Virus record (IMG/VR): IMGVR_UViG_3300005264_000255
Span: 1 to 64,000 of that record
Source: a virus
Length of the DNA: 64,000 bases
Reading direction: 5' to 3' (one strand)
In this document: positions 31,383 to 43,000 of the stretch, one piece after another
How the letters are laid out: each line of letters begins with the position of its first letter
Numbering within the stretch: position 1 is the stretch's first letter
Position numbers and translations under genes: made by a program
Notes under the pieces: generated by a model
Database searches by the model: none
What the model saw: the letters and a program-made list of their open reading frames with translations, nothing else
Told to the model about the DNA's origin: nothing

Positions 31383-31943
31383 TTAGGATATTTCTAATAT
31401 CCTAACAACATTAAATAATGTTAATATCTCACTTACTTCCCCAAGTTTCTTATTCTTAAAGAAGATATTATTATTAATAACTCTAATATTTAACTTTTTA
31501 CCAGAATGGCCAATAACGTTAACATCATAACGTTTATTATTCTTAAAAACATTTCTATCTGTAACATCAGATATCTTCCTGACGAAGTTCTCTTTATTCT
31601 TTATACATATGTTAAACTCTGGTACTAAGTAATTCTCACGAATGTTACCTATAGTTCTTTTAATTGTTGCTCCACCTGTACCCATGATAACCCCTCTATC
31701 TTTAGGGTCAGTAAATACCTGTACATTCTTATTTTCTAATATACGATTTAAAGGTATGACTGTATAGATATCAGCTATATCAGCCAGTCTAATACATACG
31801 TAATCATCCATGGATAACATTTCATCGTACAGATAATGTTCTAACATATCATATTCTAACGAAGGTTGAGTCTTATGTATTTCTTTTAGGGTAAATGTAT
31901 CGCCTAATCGTATTTTAGTATTCAGAAGTTTAATTGTTTCCAT
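31383..31943 (-). CDS. KH-domain RNA-binding protein
   Basis: DRGVIMGTGGATIKR GxxG loop; second VIGHSGKKL motif. Confidence 0.65.
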   Translation of the reverse strand: METIKLLNTKIRLGDTFTLKEIHKTQPSLEYDMLEHYLYDEMLSMDDYVCIRLADIADIYTVIPLNRILENKNVQVFTDPKDRGVIMGTGGATIKRTIGNIRENYLVPEFNICIKNKENFVRKISDVTDRNVFKNNKRYDVNVIGHSGKKLNIRVINNNIFFKNKKLGEVSEILTLFNVVRILEIS

Positions 31944-32142
31944 TTGTAATTCCTATTAATAATTTATATCTCAGTTAAGATGGTGTATTTAATAAAAAAA
32001 TAAAAGGAACTTCAACATTCCTTTTACTGTATTTTAGAGTATATTTTAAAATATAGGTTAACTTGTTCACAAGTTAACCCTACCTTAACTAATCCCATAG
32101 AGACTAGCCAATCTTTAAACCTTTTCTTAGCTAACATAGACA

Positions 32143-32457
32143 TTATAACATCTCCGTGGGTATTACCCTGTTTTTGTGTGAGTTAGATATAAACTCGTTT
32201 AGTTTAAAATCATGTGGTAAACTTCTACCATATGTTTTAATTAAATATATATCTAAATCATTAATATTATTAAACTCCTGTGTATTACATACACGACTAC
32301 TTTCCTCATATTCGTTGATAATGATACCACCATCTATACCGACAGACCCTGTTACTATATACTCTACGTCACTATACATAGTTGGATATTTAACATCTAC
32401 AGTAACAAATGTAGATGACTTTAGAGATAGCTCTATTTCATCTAACGATTTTAACAT
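32143..32457 (-). CDS. Hypothetical early protein
   Basis: 104 aa, SD AAGGAG, early promoter upstream. Confidence 0.55.
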   Translation of the reverse strand: MLKSLDEIELSLKSSTFVTVDVKYPTMYSDVEYIVTGSVGIDGGIIINEYEESSRVCNTQEFNNINDLDIYLIKTYGRSLPHDFKLNEFISNSHKNRVIPTEML

Positions 32458-32512
32458 AACCTACTCCTTATGTAAGTGTGATAACGTTAATGATTAACTG
32501 TTATCTATATAA

Positions 32513-32520
32513 GTAATATA
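32513..32520 (-). promoter_or_regulatory. Early promoter TATATTAC
   Basis: TATATTACTTATATAGA followed by a GATAAC..GTTAAT-C-ATTAAC-GTTATC hairpin. Confidence 0.7.
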
Positions 32521-32546
32521 TAAGTGAAAAGAAATGGACGTTAGTA

Positions 32547-32579
32547 TACCTGACATTACCATTACAGTAATGTCAGGTA
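32547..32579. terminator. Hairpin
   Basis: tacctgacattac-cattaca-gtaatgtcaggta. Confidence 0.6.
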
Positions 32580-32835
32580 GGTTTAGTTTGTTTCTGGATG
32601 AGGTGTAATGTACGGTATGTCGTATAAATAAAAAAAACGCATAATTCACAATGTTGTCTTAACTGTCTATCTGGAACTTAATGCTCATTGTTGTGTTAAC
32701 TACATAACTGTCTATCTTGTGTTATTTAAATTTTATCCTTAAAATTTGTTTATAATATTTACCTAAAATTTACTTAAAATTTGTATATAATTTTATTTAC
32801 TTATATAATTAATTGAAATATAATATAATATAATA

Positions 32836-32863
32836 AAGAGGACTTCGTCCTCTTATTTTTTTT
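32836..32863 (+). terminator. Intrinsic terminator within the long intergenic region
   Basis: aagaggac-ttc-gtcctctt followed by a T9 run. Confidence 0.6.
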
Positions 32864-33088
32864 CTTTATTTTTTTTCTTTGTTGTGTGTAGGTACAGGTT
32901 AGGTATGGTATAGGCTGGACAATAGTCTGATCAGTCTTACTTAGCTCTCCCCCAATGAAATGGTCATTGGTCCAGTCTTCACTTTAGCATGATAATTTAT
33001 ATATCATATTATATATATTAGAAAGTTAAATATTTTTATATAAAATAGATAATGATAAGATTTATTGAATATACTATAAAGGAACATA

Positions 33089-36007
33089 ATGGAAGACTTT
33101 AAGAAGATAAGATATGACTATAATCATAGAACAACTAGATACACATTCTATATGAATAATATAAAGAAGTTTAAGAAAGCATTAGAAACAGTAACAGGTA
33201 AATCATTTACTAAATATTTGTTTAAGAATGAAACAACTAGTAAATTTGAGATAAGAGAATTCTTTCTTTTAGAATTACATTTTGTATTAAAGTTAATAAA
33301 ATCAGATTATCCTAGTGTAGGATTAGATATAGGTGGTATCTACCTTAATAACCTAATAGAGTTCTTAGAGACAGTAACATGGTTACGTAATAGATATATT
33401 GTAGATACTGATAAGTTGTTTGATTTAAACCATCTAAAAAGAAATATGAAGTTCTTACCTATGAAACACCAACTAGAAGGTTTTAAGAAATATGAGGAAG
33501 TTAAAGAAATGTCTAATCTATCTGGGTTCATGTTAGATGCAGAACCTGGTACTGGTAAAGATTTAATAAATGGTACTAAAGTATTAGTACCTAATGGTAG
33601 TAGAGTCATAGAGTCATTGAAAGTAGGTGATGTTGTTATAGGTAATGATGGACTACATACTAAGGTAACTGGTGTTTATCCACAAGGTTATAAAGAACAG
33701 ATCAAACTTACGTTTAAAGATGGTAGAGAATCAATATGTGGACTAGGTCATCTATGGGAGACCATTGTTAACGATAGTACTATGTTATTAGATACCTATG
33801 AAATTATAACTCTAATGGATAACAATATGAAAGTTAGTATCCCGTTATATAAACCAGAATTAAGTATTAGTAAAATAGATGTTATACCTACCTCTTTTAA
33901 ACTAGGAGTATTCATAGATGCTACTACTAAATTAAAGTCTATACATTCACCTATAGGTGATTATTTTACTTTACCATTATCTTATAGGTATAATCTATTA
34001 CAAGGTCTTCTAAGTACTACTATGATTGATTTTACTGGTAACACATTAATCTACAAGGTAAAGGATATACGTTTAGCTAAATCACTTATTGAAGTTATAC
34101 ATAGTATTGGTGATATCGCTACTATGGAGAAAAACAAAGATGATTATGATTTACACATAACATCTAGAAATCTTAAAGTTTATAGAAAAGGTTACATCCT
34201 AGATATAAATGATTTTAATAATGATTTAAACTTAGAGTTAGTTAGACATGAAAGTATCGGTAAATTTGAATCTACATGTATAAGCGTTGATAATGAAAGT
34301 AAGTTATTCGTTATAGAAGACTATCTGGTAACTCATAACACATATATGTCATTAGCCTTAAGTGAGTTATTAGATTATGAATTAGTTATCATTGTAGCAC
34401 CTAAGAATACTCTACATGAGGTTTGGTTAAAGTCAGTAACCGAAACATTATATAAGAGAAAACAAACTGCTGTAGTGCTTGGTACGGACTCTAAAGAATA
34501 TAATGATGAGAAGTTTATCATAACTCACTATGAGTATCTTAAGAAGTTATCCCTAGATAAGAAATTAGCTAGAAGAATAAAGAAACTAAAACCTATGTTA
34601 ATAGTAGATGAGTTCCATAACTTCAATGAGATAACCTCTGGTAGGATACAAGTCTTAAGAGACTTTGTTACATATATGAAATTTACTGATATAGCACTAC
34701 TTACGGGTACTCCTATAAAAATGAGATTAAAAGAATTAATACCTATGTTATATCTGGTAGATAATAGATTCCCTAAGGCTAGAGAAGACTTTGAGGACTA
34801 CTATGCTAATCTACAAGGAATAAAGATAGATATGATTAGGCATAGGTTTAATCTTTATAAGAAACGTATACAGAGTACTAATACGAATAAAGGTGAGATA
34901 GAAATTAAAGAGTTTAAGATATCTTTGAAAAATGGTAATGATTTTACTATGGAAGCCATATCTTCACGGATGACTGAATATAAACATACTCGTTTATTAG
35001 AATTAGAAAGTAATATGGATTCTTATAAGATAGAATTCAATAACTTAATTACCCAAGCCAGAACAACTATGATTAATAAGGGATTACTTATTAAGGACAT
35101 AGACGCTACATTAAAAGAATATAGAACCTATGTTAAGACTATTAAGAGTTATTCTGATAAGGGTAAGTTATATCGTATATACGATATAGTAAATAAAGCT
35201 AGTACCATAGAAAAAGAATTTATAACTAAATACTTAGATGGTGGTTTTAAGAAACACTTCAGACATATAGCATCTATAGTTAAGTATCCTAAATTTAAAG
35301 TACTTGGTGAAGCTTTAGGTAAAATCCTCTTAGGGTCTAGAATAGAGTGTTATAAGGGATTAGCTGAGAATTTAGAATATAAGAACTTACTAGGTATAAC
35401 TAATAAGAAAGGTTTAGTATTTAGTAATTATGTTAGTGTTTGTGATGCAGTGATTACAAAATGCAGATTAGAAGGTTTTAATCCTATTGGTGTTTACGGC
35501 GAGCATATGGAGAATCTTAATAGTAATGTTAAGTTATTTAATGATCTATCCACAGATGTAAATCCTATAGTAGCTACTTATAAAGGTTTAGGAACTGGTG
35601 TCCCGTTAACTTCTGCTAATGTGGTTATCCTTATAGATACAGCTTTAAGAAGTTTCACATTAGAACAGGCAATCTCTCGTTCTTATAGAATAGGTAATAA
35701 TCATAAGGTAACTTGTATTTTTATTAAATTAGATACAGGTACTGAATATAATATAACTGAAAGAGATTTATATATCGTAAACACCTCAGAATACAACGTA
35801 GAGATGATAACTGGTAACAAACCGATATATGATATACCTAGACAGACTTTGGAGTCTCCTGATGATGATACAGATGTTATCTCTGAAGAATTAGAGGAAG
35901 AGTTAGAGGAAGTAATATCTACGACTTTACTGAATGCCAATTTAATGGATACCAATATTATAATTGATTATGTAAAAAAAATAATGAAAACAATAAAAAT
36001 AATATAA
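33089..36007 (+). CDS. SF2/SNF2-like helicase precursor containing an intein
   Basis: EPGTGK|T Walker A, VDEFHN, LTGTP, GTGVPL and EQAISRSYRIG motifs. Confidence 0.88.
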   Translation: MEDFKKIRYDYNHRTTRYTFYMNNIKKFKKALETVTGKSFTKYLFKNETTSKFEIREFFLLELHFVLKLIKSDYPSVGLDIGGIYLNNLIEFLETVTWLRNRYIVDTDKLFDLNHLKRNMKFLPMKHQLEGFKKYEEVKEMSNLSGFMLDAEPGTGKDLINGTKVLVPNGSRVIESLKVGDVVIGNDGLHTKVTGVYPQGYKEQIKLTFKDGRESICGLGHLWETIVNDSTMLLDTYEIITLMDNNMKVSIPLYKPELSISKIDVIPTSFKLGVFIDATTKLKSIHSPIGDYFTLPLSYRYNLLQGLLSTTMIDFTGNTLIYKVKDIRLAKSLIEVIHSIGDIATMEKNKDDYDLHITSRNLKVYRKGYILDINDFNNDLNLELVRHESIGKFESTCISVDNESKLFVIEDYLVTHNTYMSLALSELLDYELVIIVAPKNTLHEVWLKSVTETLYKRKQTAVVLGTDSKEYNDEKFIITHYEYLKKLSLDKKLARRIKKLKPMLIVDEFHNFNEITSGRIQVLRDFVTYMKFTDIALLTGTPIKMRLKELIPMLYLVDNRFPKAREDFEDYYANLQGIKIDMIRHRFNLYKKRIQSTNTNKGEIEIKEFKISLKNGNDFTMEAISSRMTEYKHTRLLELESNMDSYKIEFNNLITQARTTMINKGLLIKDIDATLKEYRTYVKTIKSYSDKGKLYRIYDIVNKASTIEKEFITKYLDGGFKKHFRHIASIVKYPKFKVLGEALGKILLGSRIECYKGLAENLEYKNLLGITNKKGLVFSNYVSVCDAVITKCRLEGFNPIGVYGEHMENLNSNVKLFNDLSTDVNPIVATYKGLGTGVPLTSANVVILIDTALRSFTLEQAISRSYRIGNNHKVTCIFIKLDTGTEYNITERDLYIVNTSEYNVEMITGNKPIYDIPRQTLESPDDDTDVISEELEEELEEVISTTLLNANLMDTNIIIDYVKKIMKTIKII
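33560..34339 (+). mobile_element. Intein (260 aa), class-3 WCT signature, degenerate LAGLIDADG region
   Basis: Inserted at GTGK/T; starts DLINGTKV; HLW in block B, STCISVD in block F, LVTHN/T in block G. Confidence 0.88.
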
Positions 36008-36035
36008 CTACATAGGGACATCCCTATGTAGTTAT
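36004..36035. terminator. Bidirectional hairpin
   Basis: ataactacataggga-ca-tccctatgtagttat. Confidence 0.7.
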
Positions 36036-36040
36036 TAATA

Positions 36041-36832
36041 TTATAAGTTATAGTCATATACTCCATGATTATCTAACTCTTCAATATTGAATTTTCTAAT
36101 ACTATATGTACCTTCTCTTATAAAAGTTAACATATAACAAATATCATCGCTATAAAGAATGTTTTCTAATTCACTATCTAATACATTAGTATCAAGAGTC
36201 TTAGTACTAATGGTTAGAGTTTCACCTAATGATAAACGGTTATCATCTAACTTAGGTAATTTTTGATTATATACGAAGTTAAACTTCTCTAAATAAGTCA
36301 GAGGTAATGCCTCTGATAGCGTAGGTTCATCATCAATACCTGTAATAGTATCCTCAAGGAAAAATGCATCTAGTTGTGCTTCAATATTATCAGAAGAGTC
36401 AAAATCAATAGCATAGTCTATCTTAAATTTCTCTAATGCAGCAGAAACATAAGGATGTGTTTCAGAATATTCTATAAGTTTTGGCATGTCTTTATCATAT
36501 TCATCTATAGTAACTCTAGTCTGTATAGGTATATTATCTCTTAGAGTTATTATAGACGCTCTATTAGCAAGTAAACGATTAGTATAGTTAGTTAACTTGT
36601 TTTGGTAGAATTCCAATACAGCAACGGTATGGTCCTTAGATAGTTCAGGTATCTGTTTATCTGCATCTACGATTACTTGTTCCTTATCGATATAAGCAAC
36701 ATCATAGTTACCTCTATGGATATATTTAGAACTAACATAACAACATACTTCACTTACTACAGTGCTCTTATTTAAAATAGCTAATCTATCTTGGTTGTTT
36801 TTAATGTCAATTATACTTCTGATTAATCTCAT
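36041..36832 (-). CDS. Hypothetical protein
   Basis: 263-aa ORF. Confidence 0.55.
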   Translation of the reverse strand: MRLIRSIIDIKNNQDRLAILNKSTVVSEVCCYVSSKYIHRGNYDVAYIDKEQVIVDADKQIPELSKDHTVAVLEFYQNKLTNYTNRLLANRASIITLRDNIPIQTRVTIDEYDKDMPKLIEYSETHPYVSAALEKFKIDYAIDFDSSDNIEAQLDAFFLEDTITGIDDEPTLSEALPLTYLEKFNFVYNQKLPKLDDNRLSLGETLTISTKTLDTNVLDSELENILYSDDICYMLTFIREGTYSIRKFNIEELDNHGVYDYNL

Positions 36833-36835
36833 GGT

Positions 36836-37579
36836 CTATCCTTTTATTTTTAAAATTCTATAAGTTTTATTTTGGTCATTAACGACTAACTCTAGTGACT
36901 CATTTTGATTACCAATATATGGTAATAATGGTAGTCCTGTATCATCTGAGTATTCAGCTAGATTAATTACGGCTGGTGTATCCATTATAGGCGTTATAGT
37001 TTCCGCCATAGGTTGTACTGAGTTTCTATTTGTTTTTTCAGGATGAATAGATTTACGAGTACTACCTAATTCTGAGGTTGGACCATTAATGAATATCTCA
37101 CTACTGTTACCCTGTGGGTTAAATGGATTACCACTACTATTTAATCCAGGGATAGTAACTCCACTAGTATTACCAATTTGAACACCCATAGGCTGTTGTT
37201 GCATATTATTGTTATTATACATAGGGTTGACGTTACCTATATTTTGTCGCATACCTGGTTGTTGTATCGGATTACCATTTTGATCTATCTGATAAAACTG
37301 AATATTATCATGCATATATAAGTTACCCTGACCATCTTGCCATACATCTGGATTACCCATATTGTTTTTACGAATAGGAGTTAATCCATTGTTATTTTGC
37401 TGTTGCGTATATTGTTGTGTATTTTGGTACATACCTTGTTGCCTTTTTATAGGATTACCGTTTTGATCTATCTCAATTAGGTTACCCGAATTATCCTTAG
37501 CGTATAAACAGTTATTGCCATCCTGCCATACATTAGGGTTGTTAAAGTTATCGTAATTTACTGGTCTCATGCCATTCAT
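36836..37579 (-). CDS. Q/N-rich low-complexity protein with a duplicated NPxVWQDG...IDQNGNPI module
   Basis: Direct inspection of the translation. Confidence 0.6.
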   Translation of the reverse strand: MNGMRPVNYDNFNNPNVWQDGNNCLYAKDNSGNLIEIDQNGNPIKRQQGMYQNTQQYTQQQNNNGLTPIRKNNMGNPDVWQDGQGNLYMHDNIQFYQIDQNGNPIQQPGMRQNIGNVNPMYNNNNMQQQPMGVQIGNTSGVTIPGLNSSGNPFNPQGNSSEIFINGPTSELGSTRKSIHPEKTNRNSVQPMAETITPIMDTPAVINLAEYSDDTGLPLLPYIGNQNESLELVVNDQNKTYRILKIKG

Positions 37580-40001
37580 GTATATTCCTTGTATTTATTT
37601 TTTTGCAAAAAAATAGAGCCGTCGTTGTCATTAGGTTCTTCTTCCATAACAGCGTCTTCATCTGTTTCAGTATCTAATGTATCATCATCATCAACAACTT
37701 CCTCCTCTATATTATTTATCTTTTCAATCTTCTCATCAAGTTCCTTTTTAATCTTATTATTATTCTTTAAGAATGGTATTGCAAGTACTCCAAGGTTTTC
37801 TATAAAGTAATTAAATTCTTCCAATAAAGTATCATTAGGCTTACCATCTTCGTCATGCATAAACATATTAGTAAAGTCAGGCAGTAGATTATTTTCATCT
37901 ACAAACTTTCGTAGTAATATTGCTTTAAATGCATTTTTAATATTATCTATATTATCACCTAGAATACCAGCATTTTCATTAGTTATAAAATCAGTAGTAA
38001 ATAACTTATCTAAAATGATATCTAACATATCAGTATAGTTTTCTACCATAGCAGTAGATCTATCCTCCTCTACCTCTTGTAGTGTAGGTAAGCTTACTTT
38101 AACATGTTTCATTACAATTTTACTTACATTAGTCACTAGTGCTTCATCAGTAATACTCTTTAATACGGCATTATTAACATTCCTATCGTTTTTAATAAGG
38201 AATTTTCTAATCTTCTTTATGTTATTTAAAGTAATACCCTCTATAACACTAATAAGTTTTTTATCTACTAACATCTTCTTAGTAAGGTCTCTAACAATTA
38301 ATTTATTAAAACCTTTCTGTAATTTCAGGATACGCTTATTCAACAGAGCTCTATTGTTTTATTGTTTTTAACTGTTGTAGCTAACTCAGGTCCTTTTGTT
38401 TCATCTAACAATTCAGGTGTTACATATAGTGTTCTATAAATCTGTTTATCAATATCCTCGATTAGCTGAGTATCTACAGGATTAATCTCATTCTTTTTTT
38501 CTTCAATTTCAACATTAACATCAGGTAAGTTAGGATGTTTAGCTTCTACAGCAAATCCAAGACTATGAGCCCAATCTACGAAACTATTAACATCTAACAT
38601 ACCTACAGGTAAACCAATCTTACGATTGTTCATCACGTTAGTAACTATCTTTCTTAAGTTTTGTTTATAGTTAGCATCATCAGGATCTAAATCTATCTTG
38701 ATGTTAGTTGTACTTATACTACTTTTAACATATGCTAGTAAATTTGTAAACATTAATATAGATCTAATACTAACCAAAGTAGTAACCTTTTCAAGTAACG
38801 ACTTCCCAGTACCATTAGGTCTAAAGTTAATAGCATAGTAACTAACCATTTCAGCAGGTACATATATCACGTTTAGTTTACTCTTATCCAGTATCTTATC
38901 ACTTATAGCTAATAAAAGATTATCATCAATTTCATATGTAGCATCTAAGGTATTTATGCCATGCTCATTTGTAATAAATTTATCAATATCTTCTTTTATT
39001 ATAGTATTTCTTAGACCCTCTAAGTTTTTTAGCTTAGGTATAAGAGCGTTTTCATTTTGGTATTTTTTACGTATTTGAGTAAGTATATCTTTATTGGCAT
39101 CCATAGCATCATCAATACCACTACCATGTAATCTATTAGGTGAGATATTACTACCATTTAAGTTACTACCATCTTCATTAAGTATTATAAAATAACCGTA
39201 ATGTACCTTAACATCAGACTTGGATGTAATAGGGACTACTGTACTAGTATCAAGTTTCTTAATAATAGTTTTTGATACATCATTGTTAAAATCAAGGATA
39301 TCTTCATTATTATCATTTTTCTTACCATTAAATAAAGCTTTCTCTAGGGCTATTGTTACCTTAGATAGGTCATTGTGTTTATATACCTTTTTTTCCATAC
39401 CAGTACGAATGAATTTCTTCTTAACATCAATGTCAATGAGTTTATTTAAATTATTAGTAACAGTGACATTAGTATGTGTATTATTAACAGAGTTTGTTCC
39501 ATTTATATTACCTCGTTTAAGATACATAGAATTTTCCGTACCACTGGCAATTTTCTTACCCCTATCCATTATACCTTCTAAATATTCTTGAGTTAAGTTT
39601 AACTCAGCATATGAACCTCTAGTATATAAGGTTTCTGTAACGATCTCACTTAGTTTTTCAACTATTCCATATTCGTTAACAGCATGTTCTTCAATGACAC
39701 TGATATAACTATTAACAATATCCGAAGGTAGTGTTGTAATTGATAATTCAAAAAATAATGATTCTGTCTCCATATCATTGGGTGTTAAAATAAGTGAAGT
39801 TATGGTTTCCATAATTAATTCAAGTTCTGGATATAACTCAATCATATCATCAACAGTTTTACATATATCACTACTATATTTACTTACAGCCGATGCCTCT
39901 CTATAATCCATCATTACGTCAGTATCAGGGAAGTTAGTCTTCGCCTTATCCATGAATCTACTCTTCTTTACATTGGGTTTTTTTATATCCGATTTACTCA
40001 T
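37576..40001 (-). CDS. Portal protein (phiKZ gp129-like), split by an 8-nt duplication
   Basis: YPELEL...ILTPNDM, LYTRGSY, HYGYFIIL, GTGKSLLE and IDLDPDD motifs. Removing one ATTGTTTT copy at 38353-38368 fuses the two ORFs (TTVKNNRALLNKRILKLQ). Confidence 0.72.
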
Positions 40002-40053
40002 TTTTTAATTCCTTTTTCATTTTTTTGATTACATAATTACCAATGGAGTACAA

Positions 40054-43000
40054 ATGATAACTTTAACAACATACTATAAGAATATTCTAAACTTTATAAA
40101 TAGTTTAACCATCAAAATAGATGATATTCAAATACATCAAAACTATCAGACCTATGTTAAGTATAATAGGATGGTACCTGAACAGAGTGACTCTAAGTAT
40201 TATCAGAATATTTGTGGTATTAAAAATATAAATGACTATACAGTTTATATTAATGCATATGAGAATATTGAGTTAACACGAGAGTATCTTAACAATGATT
40301 ACCTACTTAAGGAGAGATTACGATTATTTAGTACAGACTTTAATACTCTATGTCTAAACAATCCAGGGATGACAGATTATATTAGGGGATGTCTGTCTGA
40401 CAATGAAATGTCAGATGTTCTTGATGCACCTAACTATACTATCCTAGATTATGATAAAACTTTTTTACTTAGTAACGAACTAAGTATCATATCTGAACTA
40501 AACATATACATTAAACAATATATGTCCAGATTCCATAATGTTAAGTATATCACTGAAGAGTTATATATGCCTTCTTTATTATCAGGACTATATAACGCTT
40601 TATTCCTAAAAGTAATTTCATTAAAGGTTAAAAACATACTTTCATATAAAACTGACGCCTATCATAGGGAAGTATTCTTTAAGTCATATAAGAGTTTAAA
40701 TAATGAAATGGACCTATTTAATTTAGAAACAAATATTTGGGTATATGGTAACCTAAAAAGAATGAAGAAAAACATAGGTAAGAATAATATACTAGATAAT
40801 ATACTACTAACTATATTTGATAACAATAGTATAGGTGTTAATAATATTAGATATGTATCTGATTTACCAACACTAATAACTAATAACCTAGAGAAGTATA
40901 ATAAAGAGTATTATAAGAATAACTATACCCTTCTAAGTATAGATGCTAACTTAAGTGGTTACAGTAAAAGTAATACTAATTATCCTTTAGAGAAACTAGA
41001 GAGTCTTCTTTATGAGAATGAGTTAGTTGGTAACGTTACTAGTGATTTAATCATAGACGAGATGGATGAGATTCTAGCTGATAAGAGTCCTACGACTGAG
41101 AACGCTAGTAAGTTATTTATATTAGATACACCAGAAAAACTTAATACGTATTATTATAATAGTCTAATACTAGCTATAAGTAACTTTATCAATATCAAAG
41201 ATAAGAATATGTTTACATTTACTTTAGATTATCGTAATACGGTAGACTCTAAGATATATAAATTAGACATGATTGATGTAGAGAATATTATCATCTATAC
41301 TTTAGCTAAGTATTACAAGATGACTAGTAATGAATTTACTATTAAATTTCCAGGAGTTTATGATAACCCTAATAAAGAAGTCTTAATGAAAAAGACTTGG
41401 TATAAAGATAAGTTAACACCTATCGTGGACTACATTATGAATGCTAAGGATCTAAATTTAAATATTTATAATAGAGAAACTATGAGACGTAAGTTTAAGA
41501 GTATCAGAGAGATAGATACTAAAACTTGGTATGTTTTATCAAACATAGTAGATAATGTTGCTAAGACAGATATAAATTACTTATACAGTGGTCTTTTAGT
41601 TAATAAAGAGATTACATATGACATGTCAGTTATAGATGAATATCTTGGTGATAAAGATTTATATAGACTAATAGATTCAAATAGTTTGGATATTGTAACT
41701 GAGTTATTATGTGAAATAACAGGAATACCTGTAGACCATGACAGTCTTATTATAGATAAATTTAAAAAGACTATTAGGTTTTTTAATAAGGTAACATCTT
41801 ATACCATAGATTTATTATTAGATGATTCATTTACCAGAACAGATGTTGATAATAATACGTTAACAAATAACTTAAATCTTAGTTATAAGTCATTGATGGA
41901 AGTTAGGGATATTAATTGTAAGTTTTATGAGGATTTAAAATTCTGTATACGAGATACTAATTTCTTAGATTACGATATTAGACAAGTAAGAGACAGTCAT
42001 ATTCATAATACCAATGAATATACAGAACTACCTTGTGTATTAGATTATGATAGAGTATATACGATACCTATGTTAACAGGAAAGTTTTCTCGTACTATGG
42101 GTAAAAAGTATACATTAAATATTGATGAGAATGTTTTTAGTGACCGTGGTATTGGTTATTATAATAGTGACCAATTAGCTAATACTAATGAACATATAGA
42201 CTACTCTCCAGTTGTTCAATTTGGTTCAAGTCCTATGACACCTATTAATGTAACGACTAAGACTAACATAGATGTACATCCTAAGAAATATAAATTAGAA
42301 TATACTAATATAGAGAAGATAACAGATCATCTTCATGGTGTCGATATATTAGATACTGATAAGAACAATATCTTTAATATAGGTAGTACAGATAAATCTA
42401 GTTTAAATACACAGTCAGCTATATCCCTATTAACTATAAATGCTAAGCATAAAACATTTATAAATAATCACTATATAAATGGTTTAAAATATACTGTCCC
42501 TATAGGTAAGGAACTAGAATACTTTGAGAATAGGAATCTATTGGAGATTAATCCTCATATGGAGAATATACCATTACGACAGATAGGTACCCCTTCTGTA
42601 TCACAATTTAGCATAGTTACTGATACAGGTACGAGATTTACAACAACACCATATAAGTTAGCCTATATTAATATAAAACGTATCATAGATAATTTATCTG
42701 GTATACATATGGTTGATATTAATAAGAATAGTATCTTTAATACAGGTAGTGTGGATAACTTTAGCTTAAGTACACAATCACCTATGTCGTTAATATCTGT
42801 AAAAACTAAACAGAAGATATTTAACAATCACTATATAACTGGAATGCAAAGTGGTACATATACAGAGACAGGTATAACAGACGTTGATACTGTTACTAGT
42901 AATGTATTTACAGATAAAACAGATAGTATTTCTCTTAGTAGTATTCCTGAAATAGGTAGTATTCCTATAAGTAGTAATATTAAAGAATATCCCGATAGTT

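Noticed and set aside
32640-32880. CRISPR array
   Set aside because: Only 2-3 short irregular repeats, no spacer periodicity, no cas genes
32915-32980. Hammerhead ribozyme (CTGATCAG...GAAA)
   Set aside because: Core is CUGAUCA rather than CUGANGA and stem II cannot form
38795-38820. GTGKS in the portal as a Walker A ATPase motif
   Set aside because: G.G.SLL is a recurring motif of phiKZ-type portals; no Walker B context
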